A program made the translations under genes and the position numbers. The notes under the pieces are model-generated. The model was not told the DNA's origin, did no database searches, and saw nothing but the letters and a program-made list of their open reading frames with translations. DNA of 62,884 nucleotides, filler included. It is 4 parts of 4 records of this genome, joined end to end, with 100 filler letters (N's around TTAATTAATTAA, not from the genome) between each part and the next. Parts side by side here need not be neighbours in the genome. Positions count along the whole stretch, not along the records: positions 1 to 19,870 come from DRR723986_5817; 3 more parts are not named here. One strand, written 5' to 3'. How positions within the stretch are numbered: the first letter of the stretch is position 1; the number at the start of each line of letters is the position of its first letter. Positions 9,395-18,569 of the stretch are shown one piece after another.

Positions 9395-10866
9395 GTTTAC
9401 CAATTTACAGCTCAGAATTAATGCAATCTTGGGACAAATTCACCATCAAAAACGAGCCCATAACTTCAATTGATTTAATGGAAAGAGCTGCTACCAATGC
9501 AACAAGCCACATCATTAGTTCAATCGATTTTGAAGAAACAAGTATATTTTGCGGACCTGGAAATAATGGTGGGGATGGATTAGTAATCGCAAGGCAATTG
9601 CATTTAAGCAGCAAAAAAGTCACCTTATATTTATTGGATTTCGGCAATCAAACGACAGATTTTAAGGCGAATTTAAAACGGCTACCAAACACGATAAAAA
9701 TTGTTCATTTAACTGATCTAAAGCACAGTTTAAACGTAGAAACGGATCTTATAATAGATTGCATTTTTGGATCAGGATTAAACAAACCTGTTACTGGTTG
9801 GATAGGAAATGTCATTAATCAAATCAACGCTATTGATGCCCACAAATTAGCCATAGATATCCCATCAGGATTATTTAGCGATCAAAACCCTGTATCCCTG
9901 GAAGGATCAAGCATATTTGAAGCAGAAATTACCATATCATTTATGGCTCCGAAAATGAGTTTTTTAATGTCAGAATATGCTGATTTCGTTGGCAAATTTA
10001 TTATCGTTGACATAGGACTCAGTGAAAAATTTAATGACACACCTATTGCTAACTATTTAACGCATTCAGACATTGAACTGAAAAGTAAAAACATCCATGA
10101 TTACAAACTTAACAATGGCTGTATTTTAATCATTGGAGGATTAGAAAACATGTCTGGCGCTGCGGTCTTATCATCTCAAGCCGCCATGAGGTCAGGTGCG
10201 GGATATGTTTTTTCAGCTTGCTCTGAGTTTGGAAAAAACGCCCTACTAGCGAGCATGCCTGAAATCATTTGGCAATCCCCTCATGAATTAACGCTCAATT
10301 CAAAAGTAAATACAATTGCAATCGGTCCAGGCCTTGGCAAATCAGAATTAGCAATAAATCTCCTTAAAAAATCACTGAGTTATAGACTACCAATGGTACT
10401 TGACGCAGATGCGATCAGAATTTTATCAGATCGATCAGAACTTTTAGATCAACTACATCCAAATTGTATTTTAACTCCCCATGTTGGTGAATTAAAGTCT
10501 TTGATTGGAGATTTTGACAATGCTGAATTGGCCTTAAAGGCGCAGCAAGAATTCTCAATTAATCACAAAGTATTCATTATCCAAAAAGGTGCTTATTCAA
10601 AGCTTTCAACCCCAACAGGAGAAATATTTGTTAACAGCACCGGGAATCCTGGAATGGCGACCGCTGGTATGGGGGATGTGTTAACTGGAATTATTGGCTC
10701 ATTATTGGCACAGGGTTATCCATCATTTGAAGCTGCCAAAATCGGCATGTATATGCATGGTTATGCTGGAGACAAGGTTGCACGAGAAAATGGTCAAATA
10801 GGATTAACCGCCTCTGATATTATCAAGGCGCTACCTTCTTCTTTCAAAGATTTTTCAAAATCTTAA
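9391..10866 (+). CDS. nnr: Bifunctional NAD(P)H-hydrate epimerase/dehydratase
   Basis: LMERAA, CGPGNNGGDG, AIDIPSG, IGPGLG, VLDADA, LTPHVGE, ATAGMGDVLTG. Confidence 0.93.
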   Translation: MSLPIYSSELMQSWDKFTIKNEPITSIDLMERAATNATSHIISSIDFEETSIFCGPGNNGGDGLVIARQLHLSSKKVTLYLLDFGNQTTDFKANLKRLPNTIKIVHLTDLKHSLNVETDLIIDCIFGSGLNKPVTGWIGNVINQINAIDAHKLAIDIPSGLFSDQNPVSLEGSSIFEAEITISFMAPKMSFLMSEYADFVGKFIIVDIGLSEKFNDTPIANYLTHSDIELKSKNIHDYKLNNGCILIIGGLENMSGAAVLSSQAAMRSGAGYVFSACSEFGKNALLASMPEIIWQSPHELTLNSKVNTIAIGPGLGKSELAINLLKKSLSYRLPMVLDADAIRILSDRSELLDQLHPNCILTPHVGELKSLIGDFDNAELALKAQQEFSINHKVFIIQKGAYSKLSTPTGEIFVNSTGNPGMATAGMGDVLTGIIGSLLAQGYPSFEAAKIGMYMHGYAGDKVARENGQIGLTASDIIKALPSSFKDFSKS

Positions 10867-11634
10867 GGTCATTCCCAAATTAACGCCAAGAGCGTATTGT
10901 AAGTGACCAAAGGGACTAGCCTTTAAATTATATGTATTCATTAAATGCTGGCGGTATTCGGGATATAAAGTAAAGCCAATCCATTCAGTATTGTACGTAA
11001 TACCAAATCCAGCTGTTGCCATTACATTGAAAGTTGATAATTTATCCTTAATCAAACTTACATCACGAATTACCTCTTCACCCCCGTGAGTTGTGAAGGA
11101 CTCTTTGAAACGTACATTCAGTAAATTTAAGGGAGTCACTCCTAAAAATCCAAAGACCTGAAATTTATCCCCATAGGTATATCTCAATTTAATTGGGATT
11201 CCGATTTGCATATAAGCGTTACTAAAAAAATAGGTTGAATCCGTTGTTGGATGAACGTAATTGTACTTTTCTTTATGTCCGAAATAGGTAAATCCCAAGT
11301 CTAAAGAAAGTGATTTTGTGAAAGGCATTAAAAGACCGATAGTTGCTCCACCCGAATGATCTGGAGCTTGATTTTCAAGATGCGTATAAGAAGAATAAAC
11401 ACTATTATCCGTAAATTTTCGATAAGCAAAAGTATATAAGCCCGTCAAATAATAAGTGGTTCCTGTTAGGGTATCGCGGTTTACTTTTTCGCGTTTCTTT
11501 TTTTCTTTCGTTTCCTTAATCTCTTCTCCATCTCCACTAACTATTTGCCCATACCCAATTGAATGAATACCGCTGACCATTAAAAATGTAAAGACAATTT
11601 TTAAAGAGGTTCTAAAAAAGTTACTTTTATGCAT
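10855..11634 (-). CDS. Outer-membrane beta-barrel protein
   Basis: Signal peptide, amphipathic strands (YMQIGIPIKLRY), C-terminal Phe (MTLRF). Confidence 0.7.
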   Translation of the reverse strand: MHKSNFFRTSLKIVFTFLMVSGIHSIGYGQIVSGDGEEIKETKEKKKREKVNRDTLTGTTYYLTGLYTFAYRKFTDNSVYSSYTHLENQAPDHSGGATIGLLMPFTKSLSLDLGFTYFGHKEKYNYVHPTTDSTYFFSNAYMQIGIPIKLRYTYGDKFQVFGFLGVTPLNLLNVRFKESFTTHGGEEVIRDVSLIKDKLSTFNVMATAGFGITYNTEWIGFTLYPEYRQHLMNTYNLKASPFGHLQYALGVNLGMTLRF

Positions 11635-11769
11635 AGAACAAAATTAACAAGAATAATGAAGAAAAATTGATGATAGATTCTTTCAACTACTTTATTTATT
11701 CTGTGGTATATAATCTTATTTTATCATTCTTAGAATGTCTTAACATTTGTGTAAAATGTATATTTAACT

Positions 11770-12354
11770 ATGAAATTAACCTTTAACTCACCTGTAATTT
11801 TGGTTTTCTCTGCAATTTGTGCAGGAGTTTATTTATTATCTTACCTAAACGCTGACATGAACTTATTTGTACTATTTCCTCAATGGGATATGCAAAATCC
11901 GGCTTGGTATTTTAGGATTTTTTCGCATTCAATGGGCCACGCAAGTATGGATCACCTGATGGGGAACCTTGCTTTCATCCTATTACTTGGACCAATCGTT
12001 GAAGAGAAATATGGCAGTAAAAATTTATTGATCATGTTTTTCACGACAGCTGTTTTGACCGGATTAATACATACCCTATTTTTTAATGTAGGGCTCTTAG
12101 GTGCAAGTGGAATAGTATTTATGTTGATTTTGCTTGTATCACTCGTCAACTTTAATGCAAAGGAGATTCCATTGACTTTTGTGTTAATCGTAATAGTTTA
12201 TATTGGAAAAGAGATTATGGGCACATTCTCTGACGACCAAGTAGCTCATTCAACCCATATTATTGGCGGAATTATTGGAGCCATATTTGGATTTAAGTTA
12301 GCTGGAAAAAAGAAATCAAAATCTATTTCCAATCCTATGGATGCCATCAAATAA
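11770..12354 (+). CDS. Rhomboid family intramembrane serine protease
   Basis: HLMGN, GASG catalytic motif, AHSTHIIGG. Confidence 0.9.
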   Translation: MKLTFNSPVILVFSAICAGVYLLSYLNADMNLFVLFPQWDMQNPAWYFRIFSHSMGHASMDHLMGNLAFILLLGPIVEEKYGSKNLLIMFFTTAVLTGLIHTLFFNVGLLGASGIVFMLILLVSLVNFNAKEIPLTFVLIVIVYIGKEIMGTFSDDQVAHSTHIIGGIIGAIFGFKLAGKKKSKSISNPMDAIK

Positions 12355-12431
12355 TTCTAAGATTTAAAATTATGTTAATGAAGATTCTAAATCGAATCAA
12401 TTAACTAAATTTACTATTCGCAAAACAAACT

Positions 12432-13400
12432 ATGGACAAGCTATCAGATAAAGAAGGAATTGATTTACTCGTAAAAAAGTACGGTGATTTAAAAAGTGAA
12501 ATTCAAAAAGTTATTGTTGGACAAGATGATGTTGTTCAACAAGTGCTGATGTCGATCTTCTCGAATGGGCACAGTTTATTGGTTGGAGTTCCCGGCCTTG
12601 CAAAAACACTATTAATTCAAACCATATCTGATTCTTTAGGATTATCTTTTAAAAGGATTCAATTTACTCCTGACTTAATGCCTTCTGATATAGTTGGTTC
12701 AGAAATTCTGGATGAATCAAGGAATTTCAAGTTTATTAAGGGGCCAATTTTTGCGAATATAGTTTTGGCAGATGAGATCAATAGAACTCCTCCGAAAACT
12801 CAGGCTGCCTTATTAGAAGCCATGCAAGAGAAAAATGTTACAGCAGCAGGAACTAAGTATGTTCTAGACAAACCGTTTTTTGTATTGGCAACCCAAAACC
12901 CGATTGAACAAGAAGGTACCTATCCGTTGCCAGAAGCTCAATTGGACCGATTCATGTTCAATATCTGGGTTGATTATCCAACCTACGAAGAGGAAATTAG
13001 TATTGTCAAAGCGACTACTTCCGATAAGAAATTCACCTTAAATCCAATTTTAAATGCAGAGGAAATTATTTATTTCCAAGATTTAATTAGACGAATCCCT
13101 GTGCCTGACGCGGTGTATGAATATGCGGTTAAGCTAGTTGCTAAAACAAGAAAAACAGGAGGACACACCCATCCTTTAACTGAGAAATATTTGGATTGGG
13201 GAGCAGGTCCAAGAGCATCACAATATTTAATTATCGGTGCCAAGTGTTATGCAGCAATCAGAGGGAAATATTCTCCGGACATTGAAGATGTTAGAGCGGT
13301 GGCTTACCCAATATTACGACACAGAGTTGTCAGAAATTATAGAGCTGAGGCCGAAGGTTATACAATCGAGAAAATTCTTGATGAATTGATGAACTCTTAG
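12432..13400 (+). CDS. MoxR family AAA+ ATPase
   Basis: GVPGLAKT, RIQFTPDLMPSD, DEINRTPPKTQAALLEAM, ATQNPIEQEGTYPLPEAQLDRF. Confidence 0.95.
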   Translation: MDKLSDKEGIDLLVKKYGDLKSEIQKVIVGQDDVVQQVLMSIFSNGHSLLVGVPGLAKTLLIQTISDSLGLSFKRIQFTPDLMPSDIVGSEILDESRNFKFIKGPIFANIVLADEINRTPPKTQAALLEAMQEKNVTAAGTKYVLDKPFFVLATQNPIEQEGTYPLPEAQLDRFMFNIWVDYPTYEEEISIVKATTSDKKFTLNPILNAEEIIYFQDLIRRIPVPDAVYEYAVKLVAKTRKTGGHTHPLTEKYLDWGAGPRASQYLIIGAKCYAAIRGKYSPDIEDVRAVAYPILRHRVVRNYRAEAEGYTIEKILDELMNS

Positions 13401-13401
13401 T

Positions 13402-13842
13402 TTGGGACTATCTCGAAAAGAATATGTTGCCATTTGTGAAACTTGTAAGAATAGAAAGTTTGACAGCAAAATTGGACTTCTCTGCGGTTTAACTCAAGAA
13501 TACGCTCAATTCGAATCTTCCTGCCCCGAATTTATCGAAGATGAACAGGCGATAAAACGCATTGTAAGAATGAAAAAGCACAATGATGAGGCAATGACTA
13601 GATCGCTTTCATCAAGTGGGCCGAGACCCAATCTATATAAATCAGGATTCATAGGAGGGATAGCATTATTAATTATTGGAGGAACTTGGTTAGTGTTGGG
13701 GCTAGCATTTAATCGCATTTCATTCTATTCCATTTTCCTAATTTTATCTGGAGTTTTTGTCATGATCCAATCAGTTATAAAAAAAGCCAAAGAATTGAGA
13801 AAACCCGACACTTCTGATATATTGGATGAAGAATTCGATTGA
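13402..13842 (+). CDS. Hypothetical 2-TM membrane protein with N-terminal 4-Cys (putative Zn) motif
   Basis: CETC...LLC...SCPEF followed by two hydrophobic helices; TTG start 1 nt after the moxR stop. Confidence 0.7.
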   Translation: MGLSRKEYVAICETCKNRKFDSKIGLLCGLTQEYAQFESSCPEFIEDEQAIKRIVRMKKHNDEAMTRSLSSSGPRPNLYKSGFIGGIALLIIGGTWLVLGLAFNRISFYSIFLILSGVFVMIQSVIKKAKELRKPDTSDILDEEFD

Positions 13843-13880
13843 ATGAAGATTATTTAATTGCCCAAAACTAAGCTTTTCAC

Positions 13881-13888
13881 TATCTTTG
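13881..13888 (+). promoter_or_regulatory. Bacteroidota -7 promoter element for purB
   Basis: TATCTTTG matches TAnnTTTG, 25 nt upstream of the ATG. Confidence 0.55.
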
Positions 13889-13913
13889 CGCTTTTAAATC
13901 AAACCCCTAGCAC

Positions 13914-15263
13914 ATGAATGCCTTAACTGCAATCTCTCCAATAGATGGGAGATACCGATCTAAAGTTGAAAATTTAGCTTCTTATTTTTCTGAGTACGCC
14001 TTGATCAAGTATCGTGTGCATGTTGAAATTGAATACTTCATCAATTTAACGAAAGAAAATATTCAGGCGCTCTCTGATTTCCCTTCTGAAAAAGAGGCAG
14101 ATTTAAGAGCGATTTACGAAAAATTTTCTGAAGAGGATGCTGCAGAAATAAAAGAGATTGAAAAGACTACAAATCATGACGTAAAGGCCGTTGAATACTT
14201 TATCAAAGGGAAACTTGAAGCATTAGGCTTAAGCAAATTTGAGGAATTCATTCACTTTGGATTAACCTCACAAGACATTAATAATACCGCAGTGCCTTTA
14301 TCATTAAAGGACGCTATTTATAATGAATACATTCCATTACTGGATGATTTAATGTTGACCTTAAATGAGTTTGCTCAAGAATGGAAAGAGATACCTATGT
14401 TAGCGCGAACCCATGGTCAACCCGCATCCCCTACTCGATTAGGGAAAGAAATTTACGTTTTTGTTGAACGATTGGACATCCAAAAACAACAATTGCTTGC
14501 TGTTCCGTTCTCTGCTAAGTTTGGTGGCGCAACTGGTAACATGAACGCACATTATGTGGCTTTCCCTGAGATCGATTGGGTGAATTTTGCCAACAGTTTC
14601 GTAAATGAAAATTTAAAAATAAACAGAAGTCAAACAACGACTCAAATTGAGCATTATGATAATGCTGCAGCCTTGTTTGATGCTATGAAAAGAATCAACT
14701 CAATCATCTTAGATTTAGATCGAGACATGTGGACCTACATCTCCATGGAATATTTCAAGCAAAAAATCAAAGAAGGAGAGATTGGTTCATCAGCTATGCC
14801 TCATAAAGTGAACCCAATCGATTTTGAAAATTCTGAAGGAAATTTAGGTATAGCGAATGCTGTGCTTGAACATTTAGCTGCTAAACTGCCCGTATCAAGG
14901 TTACAAAGAGACTTAACGGATTCAACGGTTTTAAGAAATGTTGGTGTTCCATTGGCGCACACGGTTATTGCTATTAAATCTACCCTTAAAGGATTGAGCA
15001 AATTATTATTGAACAGTGAAAAACTCAATTCTGATTTAGAAGAAAACTGGGCAGTAGTTGCAGAAGCAATTCAAACGGTGTTAAGAAGAGAAGGATATCC
15101 TAAGCCTTATGAAGCCTTGAAAGGCTTAACAAGAACGAACGCTGGAATCAATAAAGAAAGTATAAAAGCTTTTATTGAAACGCTAGATGTATCTGATGCT
15201 GTGAAGGCAGAATTAAGAGAAATAAATCCTCAGAATTTCACGGGAATTAACATGGTGCAGTAA
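13914..15263 (+). CDS. purB: Adenylosuccinate lyase
   Basis: ALTAISPIDGRY, TNHDVKAVEY, RTHGQPA, GSSAMPHKVNPIDFEN. Confidence 0.98.
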   Translation: MNALTAISPIDGRYRSKVENLASYFSEYALIKYRVHVEIEYFINLTKENIQALSDFPSEKEADLRAIYEKFSEEDAAEIKEIEKTTNHDVKAVEYFIKGKLEALGLSKFEEFIHFGLTSQDINNTAVPLSLKDAIYNEYIPLLDDLMLTLNEFAQEWKEIPMLARTHGQPASPTRLGKEIYVFVERLDIQKQQLLAVPFSAKFGGATGNMNAHYVAFPEIDWVNFANSFVNENLKINRSQTTTQIEHYDNAAALFDAMKRINSIILDLDRDMWTYISMEYFKQKIKEGEIGSSAMPHKVNPIDFENSEGNLGIANAVLEHLAAKLPVSRLQRDLTDSTVLRNVGVPLAHTVIAIKSTLKGLSKLLLNSEKLNSDLEENWAVVAEAIQTVLRREGYPKPYEALKGLTRTNAGINKESIKAFIETLDVSDAVKAELREINPQNFTGINMVQ

Positions 15264-15497
15264 TTACTGAACTAACTTTTCTTTAATTTCGGATTTTTCG
15301 GCTTGACTCAATTTCATGGTAGATTGAGAAGTATCTCCAACTTTAATCAACTCATTTAAATGAGTAGAATCTTTTTTATATCCTTTACACAACTTGCACC
15401 AAGCTAAATGTAATTTAAGCCCTATTTTCTTCATTAAAGAGAGTTTTTCAAACTCCTCTTTCTCAATTAATGGACCAGCCTTCTTGCATGTAATCAT
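15264..15497 (-). CDS. Small soluble zinc-binding anti-sigma factor (ZAS-like)
   Basis: N-terminal ITC plus HLAWCKLC (HxxxCxxC); ATGA overlap with the sigma stop; no TM segment. Confidence 0.75.
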   Translation of the reverse strand: MITCKKAGPLIEKEEFEKLSLMKKIGLKLHLAWCKLCKGYKKDSTHLNELIKVGDTSQSTMKLSQAEKSEIKEKLVQ

Positions 15498-16054
15498 GAA
15501 TCAAACCATTTTTGTTGGAGGCAATTTTTCAACTGAATTTTCGCACGGTGAATTATTACCCACAAATTTGACGGAGTGATATCATGCTCCTTACATACCT
15601 CTTCACTTTTTCTTTCTTCTACCAACTTATCAATAACAATCCCTTTCCATTTTTCAGGTAGGTCTTGAATACAGCCCATGATCGCAGTTCTCAATTCTTT
15701 GTTCTCGTAATCCACTTCAATTTCAGAAACGGCTCCTTTATTTTGACGTTCAATTACTTTTTGCTCACCTGTTTCAGAGTCTGTCCCTAGAGATGACATG
15801 GGTTTAGTTTTGCGAGATTCCTGTTTCCGCCAGTGATCAATTACTTTTCGCTTGAGTATTGAAAACAGCCATGTCTTAACTGTGCTTTTACCTTGGAATT
15901 TATCAATTCCTTTTAAGGCTGAAACGAAAGTATCTTGTACCAAATCTTTAGCTAATTCGTGGTCATTCACTCTCGTTAGGGCAAAATTATACAGCATATC
16001 TGAATAATCATCCACCCAACCTGAAGTATCTATGGCTTGTTCAACATTTGGCAT
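15494..16054 (-). CDS. ECF RNA polymerase sigma factor
   Basis: AKDLVQDTF, TWLFSILKRKVIDHWRK, NLWVIIHRAK; ATG at 16054, alternative TTG at 16060. Confidence 0.93.
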   Translation of the reverse strand: MPNVEQAIDTSGWVDDYSDMLYNFALTRVNDHELAKDLVQDTFVSALKGIDKFQGKSTVKTWLFSILKRKVIDHWRKQESRKTKPMSSLGTDSETGEQKVIERQNKGAVSEIEVDYENKELRTAIMGCIQDLPEKWKGIVIDKLVEERKSEEVCKEHDITPSNLWVIIHRAKIQLKNCLQQKWFDS

Positions 16055-16117
16055 ATTCAAGTTTAATTAAATTCCATGTTTAAACAAAGAAAACATCTAT
16101 AAACGGTAAATTTATTT

Positions 16118-16585
16118 TTATCCATTATTGAAAAGGAAATATGCATTTAAAGAAGTCGCTATACACAACCAAACGAAATAAGGAAGAATCAATAAACTAA
16201 AGGATTTCAAGACCTTCCAATTCATGATCATGTATAAACCTATGAGAAGTGTTAAACACGAAATAACAACCAATGCAACGGCGGTTTCATGCATCCAAAA
16301 AAACAAAGGATTCCACGCTATATTCAATAAAGTCAGTAGAATATATAGATTTATATTTCTTCTAGAAGTGCCTTTCGTTAATTGCGCCATGTAAACAGAA
16401 AAACAAGCCATTATTGTAAACCAAGCGGCACCAAACACCCAACCTGGTGGAGTCCATGGCGCTTGATTTGCGTTTTGATACCAATCCGAACTTGGACCTT
16501 CGCCCATCAAATATGCACCAATTCCTAAGGCAGCAAAATTGATTATTAAAAAAAATATCAGTCTTTTTGAAAAAGAAATAGGCAT
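16118..16585 (-). CDS. tspO: TspO/MBR tryptophan-rich sensory protein
   Basis: WYQ...PWTPPGWVFGAAW, LNIAWNPLFF, LLILPYFVWLCIATSLN. Confidence 0.92.
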   Translation of the reverse strand: MPISFSKRLIFFLIINFAALGIGAYLMGEGPSSDWYQNANQAPWTPPGWVFGAAWFTIMACFSVYMAQLTKGTSRRNINLYILLTLLNIAWNPLFFWMHETAVALVVISCLTLLIGLYMIMNWKVLKSFSLLILPYFVWLCIATSLNAYFLFNNG

Positions 16586-16630
16586 ACAAGTAATTTAAAA
16601 TTAGAACAGTTTAGGTTAATAATAGTTCAT

Positions 16631-16660
16631 AAAAAAAGCCTTCAGATTTCTCTGAAGGCT
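16631..16660 (-). terminator. Rho-independent terminator after acyl-CoA dehydrogenase
   Basis: AGCCTTCAGA/TCTGAAGGCT stem preceded by an A-run on the plus strand. Confidence 0.75.
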
Positions 16661-16679
16661 CTCGCTATAACCAAATTAT

Positions 16680-18482
16680 TTACTGATTTAAGGCATCAGA
16701 AAAACAATATTCATTCTTTTCAATCAACTTAGTTGCAATTAATTGTCTTGCGTCTTTTGTATTGAATGCTGCAACTTTAGTGAATCGCTTTAGTCCCATC
16801 ATCATCATTACCAACTCGTCATCAGTAACAAAGCCCATTAAGGCGTCTTTACCATGTTTGTTGATCGCATCAGCTGCATCAAAAATGTAAGTTTTAACCA
16901 TTGCAATGTATTCTGCACAAGCCTCTTCTCCTTTGGCTTTCACCATTTTCTCAACTCTTAATAGTGCCGACTCTGCTGCGTAAACATAGTTCACCATATC
17001 CGCCACATTCATTAAGATTTCTTGCTGCTTGGCTAATTCCATCATTAATTTCTGAGCTGCAGTACCAGCAACCATTAAAATCGCCTTTTTGAAGTTAACA
17101 ATGTACTTTTTCTCTTCAGCGAACAATTCATTTGAAGGATCCTCAAAATCTGGAATACTCATTAATTCATTAGCAACAGCCATTGCTGGCCCCATCAAAT
17201 CTAATTCACCTTTCATGGCTTTCTTCAGAATCATATCTACTGTCAACATTCTGTTGATTTCGTTCGTTCCTTCAAAGATTTTGTTGATTCTAGCATCTCT
17301 ATACGCTCTTTCTACAGCCGACTCAGCTGAGAATCCCATACCTCCGTGAATTTGAACCCCTTCGTCAACTACAAAGTCTAATACTTCTGATCCAATCACT
17401 TTTAAAATAGCACATTCAGCTGCGAATTGCTCGATTCCTTTCAAAGTCGCTTTTTGCTTATCCATTCCTCCAGCTTCTAAAGCCTTTATCGCATTGTCGA
17501 TATCTGCTCCACATCTGTAAACAGCTGATTCCAATACAAATGTTCTGATTGATTGCTCTGCCAATTTATGGCGAATCGCTCCGTATTTTGAAATCGGCCT
17601 ACCAAACTGCTCTCTCTCATTAGCATATCTTACTGAAAAATTAATGGTCTCTTTTGATCCACCCAAAACTCCAGCACCTAATTTTATACGCCCAATATTT
17701 AAGATGTTCAATGCGATTTTAAATCCTCCTTCTCTTTCTCCCAACAAATTTTCAGCAGGAACCTTTACATTATTAAAGAATACCTGTCTCGTAGATGATC
17801 CTTTAATTCCCATCTTCTTCTCCTCAGGATTCAATGAAATTCCTTCAGATTTAGCGTCAACAATAAATCCAGTCAATTTCTCATCATCACCAATTTTGGC
17901 AAATACAGTGAATACATCTGCGAAACCTCCATTGGTAATCCACATTTTTTGACCAGAAATAGTATATGTTTTTCCATCATCAGATAATACTGCTTTCGTT
18001 TTTCCTGAATTGGCATCTGAACCTGAAGATGGTTCAGTTAAACAGTATGCGGCTTTCCACTCACCTGATGCTAATTTCGGAATGTATTTTTGCTTTTGCT
18101 CTTCTGTCCCGTAATAAAGAATCGGCAATGTTCCTATTCCTGTATGTGCTCCGTAAGCAACCGAGAAAGAGTTTCCTCTTCCTAAATATTCAGTAGCTAA
18201 AAGCGAAGTTGGGAAATCAACACCCATTCCTCCTAATTCCATTGGCACAGACATTCCAAGCATTCCTAGCTCACCAGCTTTCTCCATTTTTGCTTGCATG
18301 ATTCCCTCTTGCATAGTTTCAATCGCTTCTTTATCTGGATCAATTTCTTGACGGATAAAATCTAAACAAGACTGAGCAATCATTCTTTGCTCTTCGTTAT
18401 AATCTTCTGGAGTATAAATTTCAGAACAATCAGATTCTCTAATTAAAAATTCTGCTCCTTTAATTGGTTCTTTCTTTTCCAT
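16680..18482 (-). CDS. Acyl-CoA dehydrogenase (long FadE type)
   Basis: AYCLTEPSSGSD, GQKMWITNG, KMGIKGS, QIHGGMG, IFEGTNEIN; start taken at MEKKEP. Confidence 0.95.
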   Translation of the reverse strand: MEKKEPIKGAEFLIRESDCSEIYTPEDYNEEQRMIAQSCLDFIRQEIDPDKEAIETMQEGIMQAKMEKAGELGMLGMSVPMELGGMGVDFPTSLLATEYLGRGNSFSVAYGAHTGIGTLPILYYGTEEQKQKYIPKLASGEWKAAYCLTEPSSGSDANSGKTKAVLSDDGKTYTISGQKMWITNGGFADVFTVFAKIGDDEKLTGFIVDAKSEGISLNPEEKKMGIKGSSTRQVFFNNVKVPAENLLGEREGGFKIALNILNIGRIKLGAGVLGGSKETINFSVRYANEREQFGRPISKYGAIRHKLAEQSIRTFVLESAVYRCGADIDNAIKALEAGGMDKQKATLKGIEQFAAECAILKVIGSEVLDFVVDEGVQIHGGMGFSAESAVERAYRDARINKIFEGTNEINRMLTVDMILKKAMKGELDLMGPAMAVANELMSIPDFEDPSNELFAEEKKYIVNFKKAILMVAGTAAQKLMMELAKQQEILMNVADMVNYVYAAESALLRVEKMVKAKGEEACAEYIAMVKTYIFDAADAINKHGKDALMGFVTDDELVMMMMGLKRFTKVAAFNTKDARQLIATKLIEKNEYCFSDALNQ

Positions 18483-18491
18483 TTTATTTTT

Positions 18492-18569
18492 CAATTATCA
18501 TTTATCAATGTGCAATTATCAATTCGAACTAAATCAATGTGAATTGATCATTGCTAAATTGTACATTGT
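18492..18569. repeat. Imperfect inverted array of heptamer repeats (STRR-like)
   Basis: CAATTAT-CATTTAT-CAATGTG-CAATTAT-CAATT, a spacer, then the reverse-oriented arm AATTG-ATCATTG-CTAAATTG-TACATTG. Confidence 0.6.
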
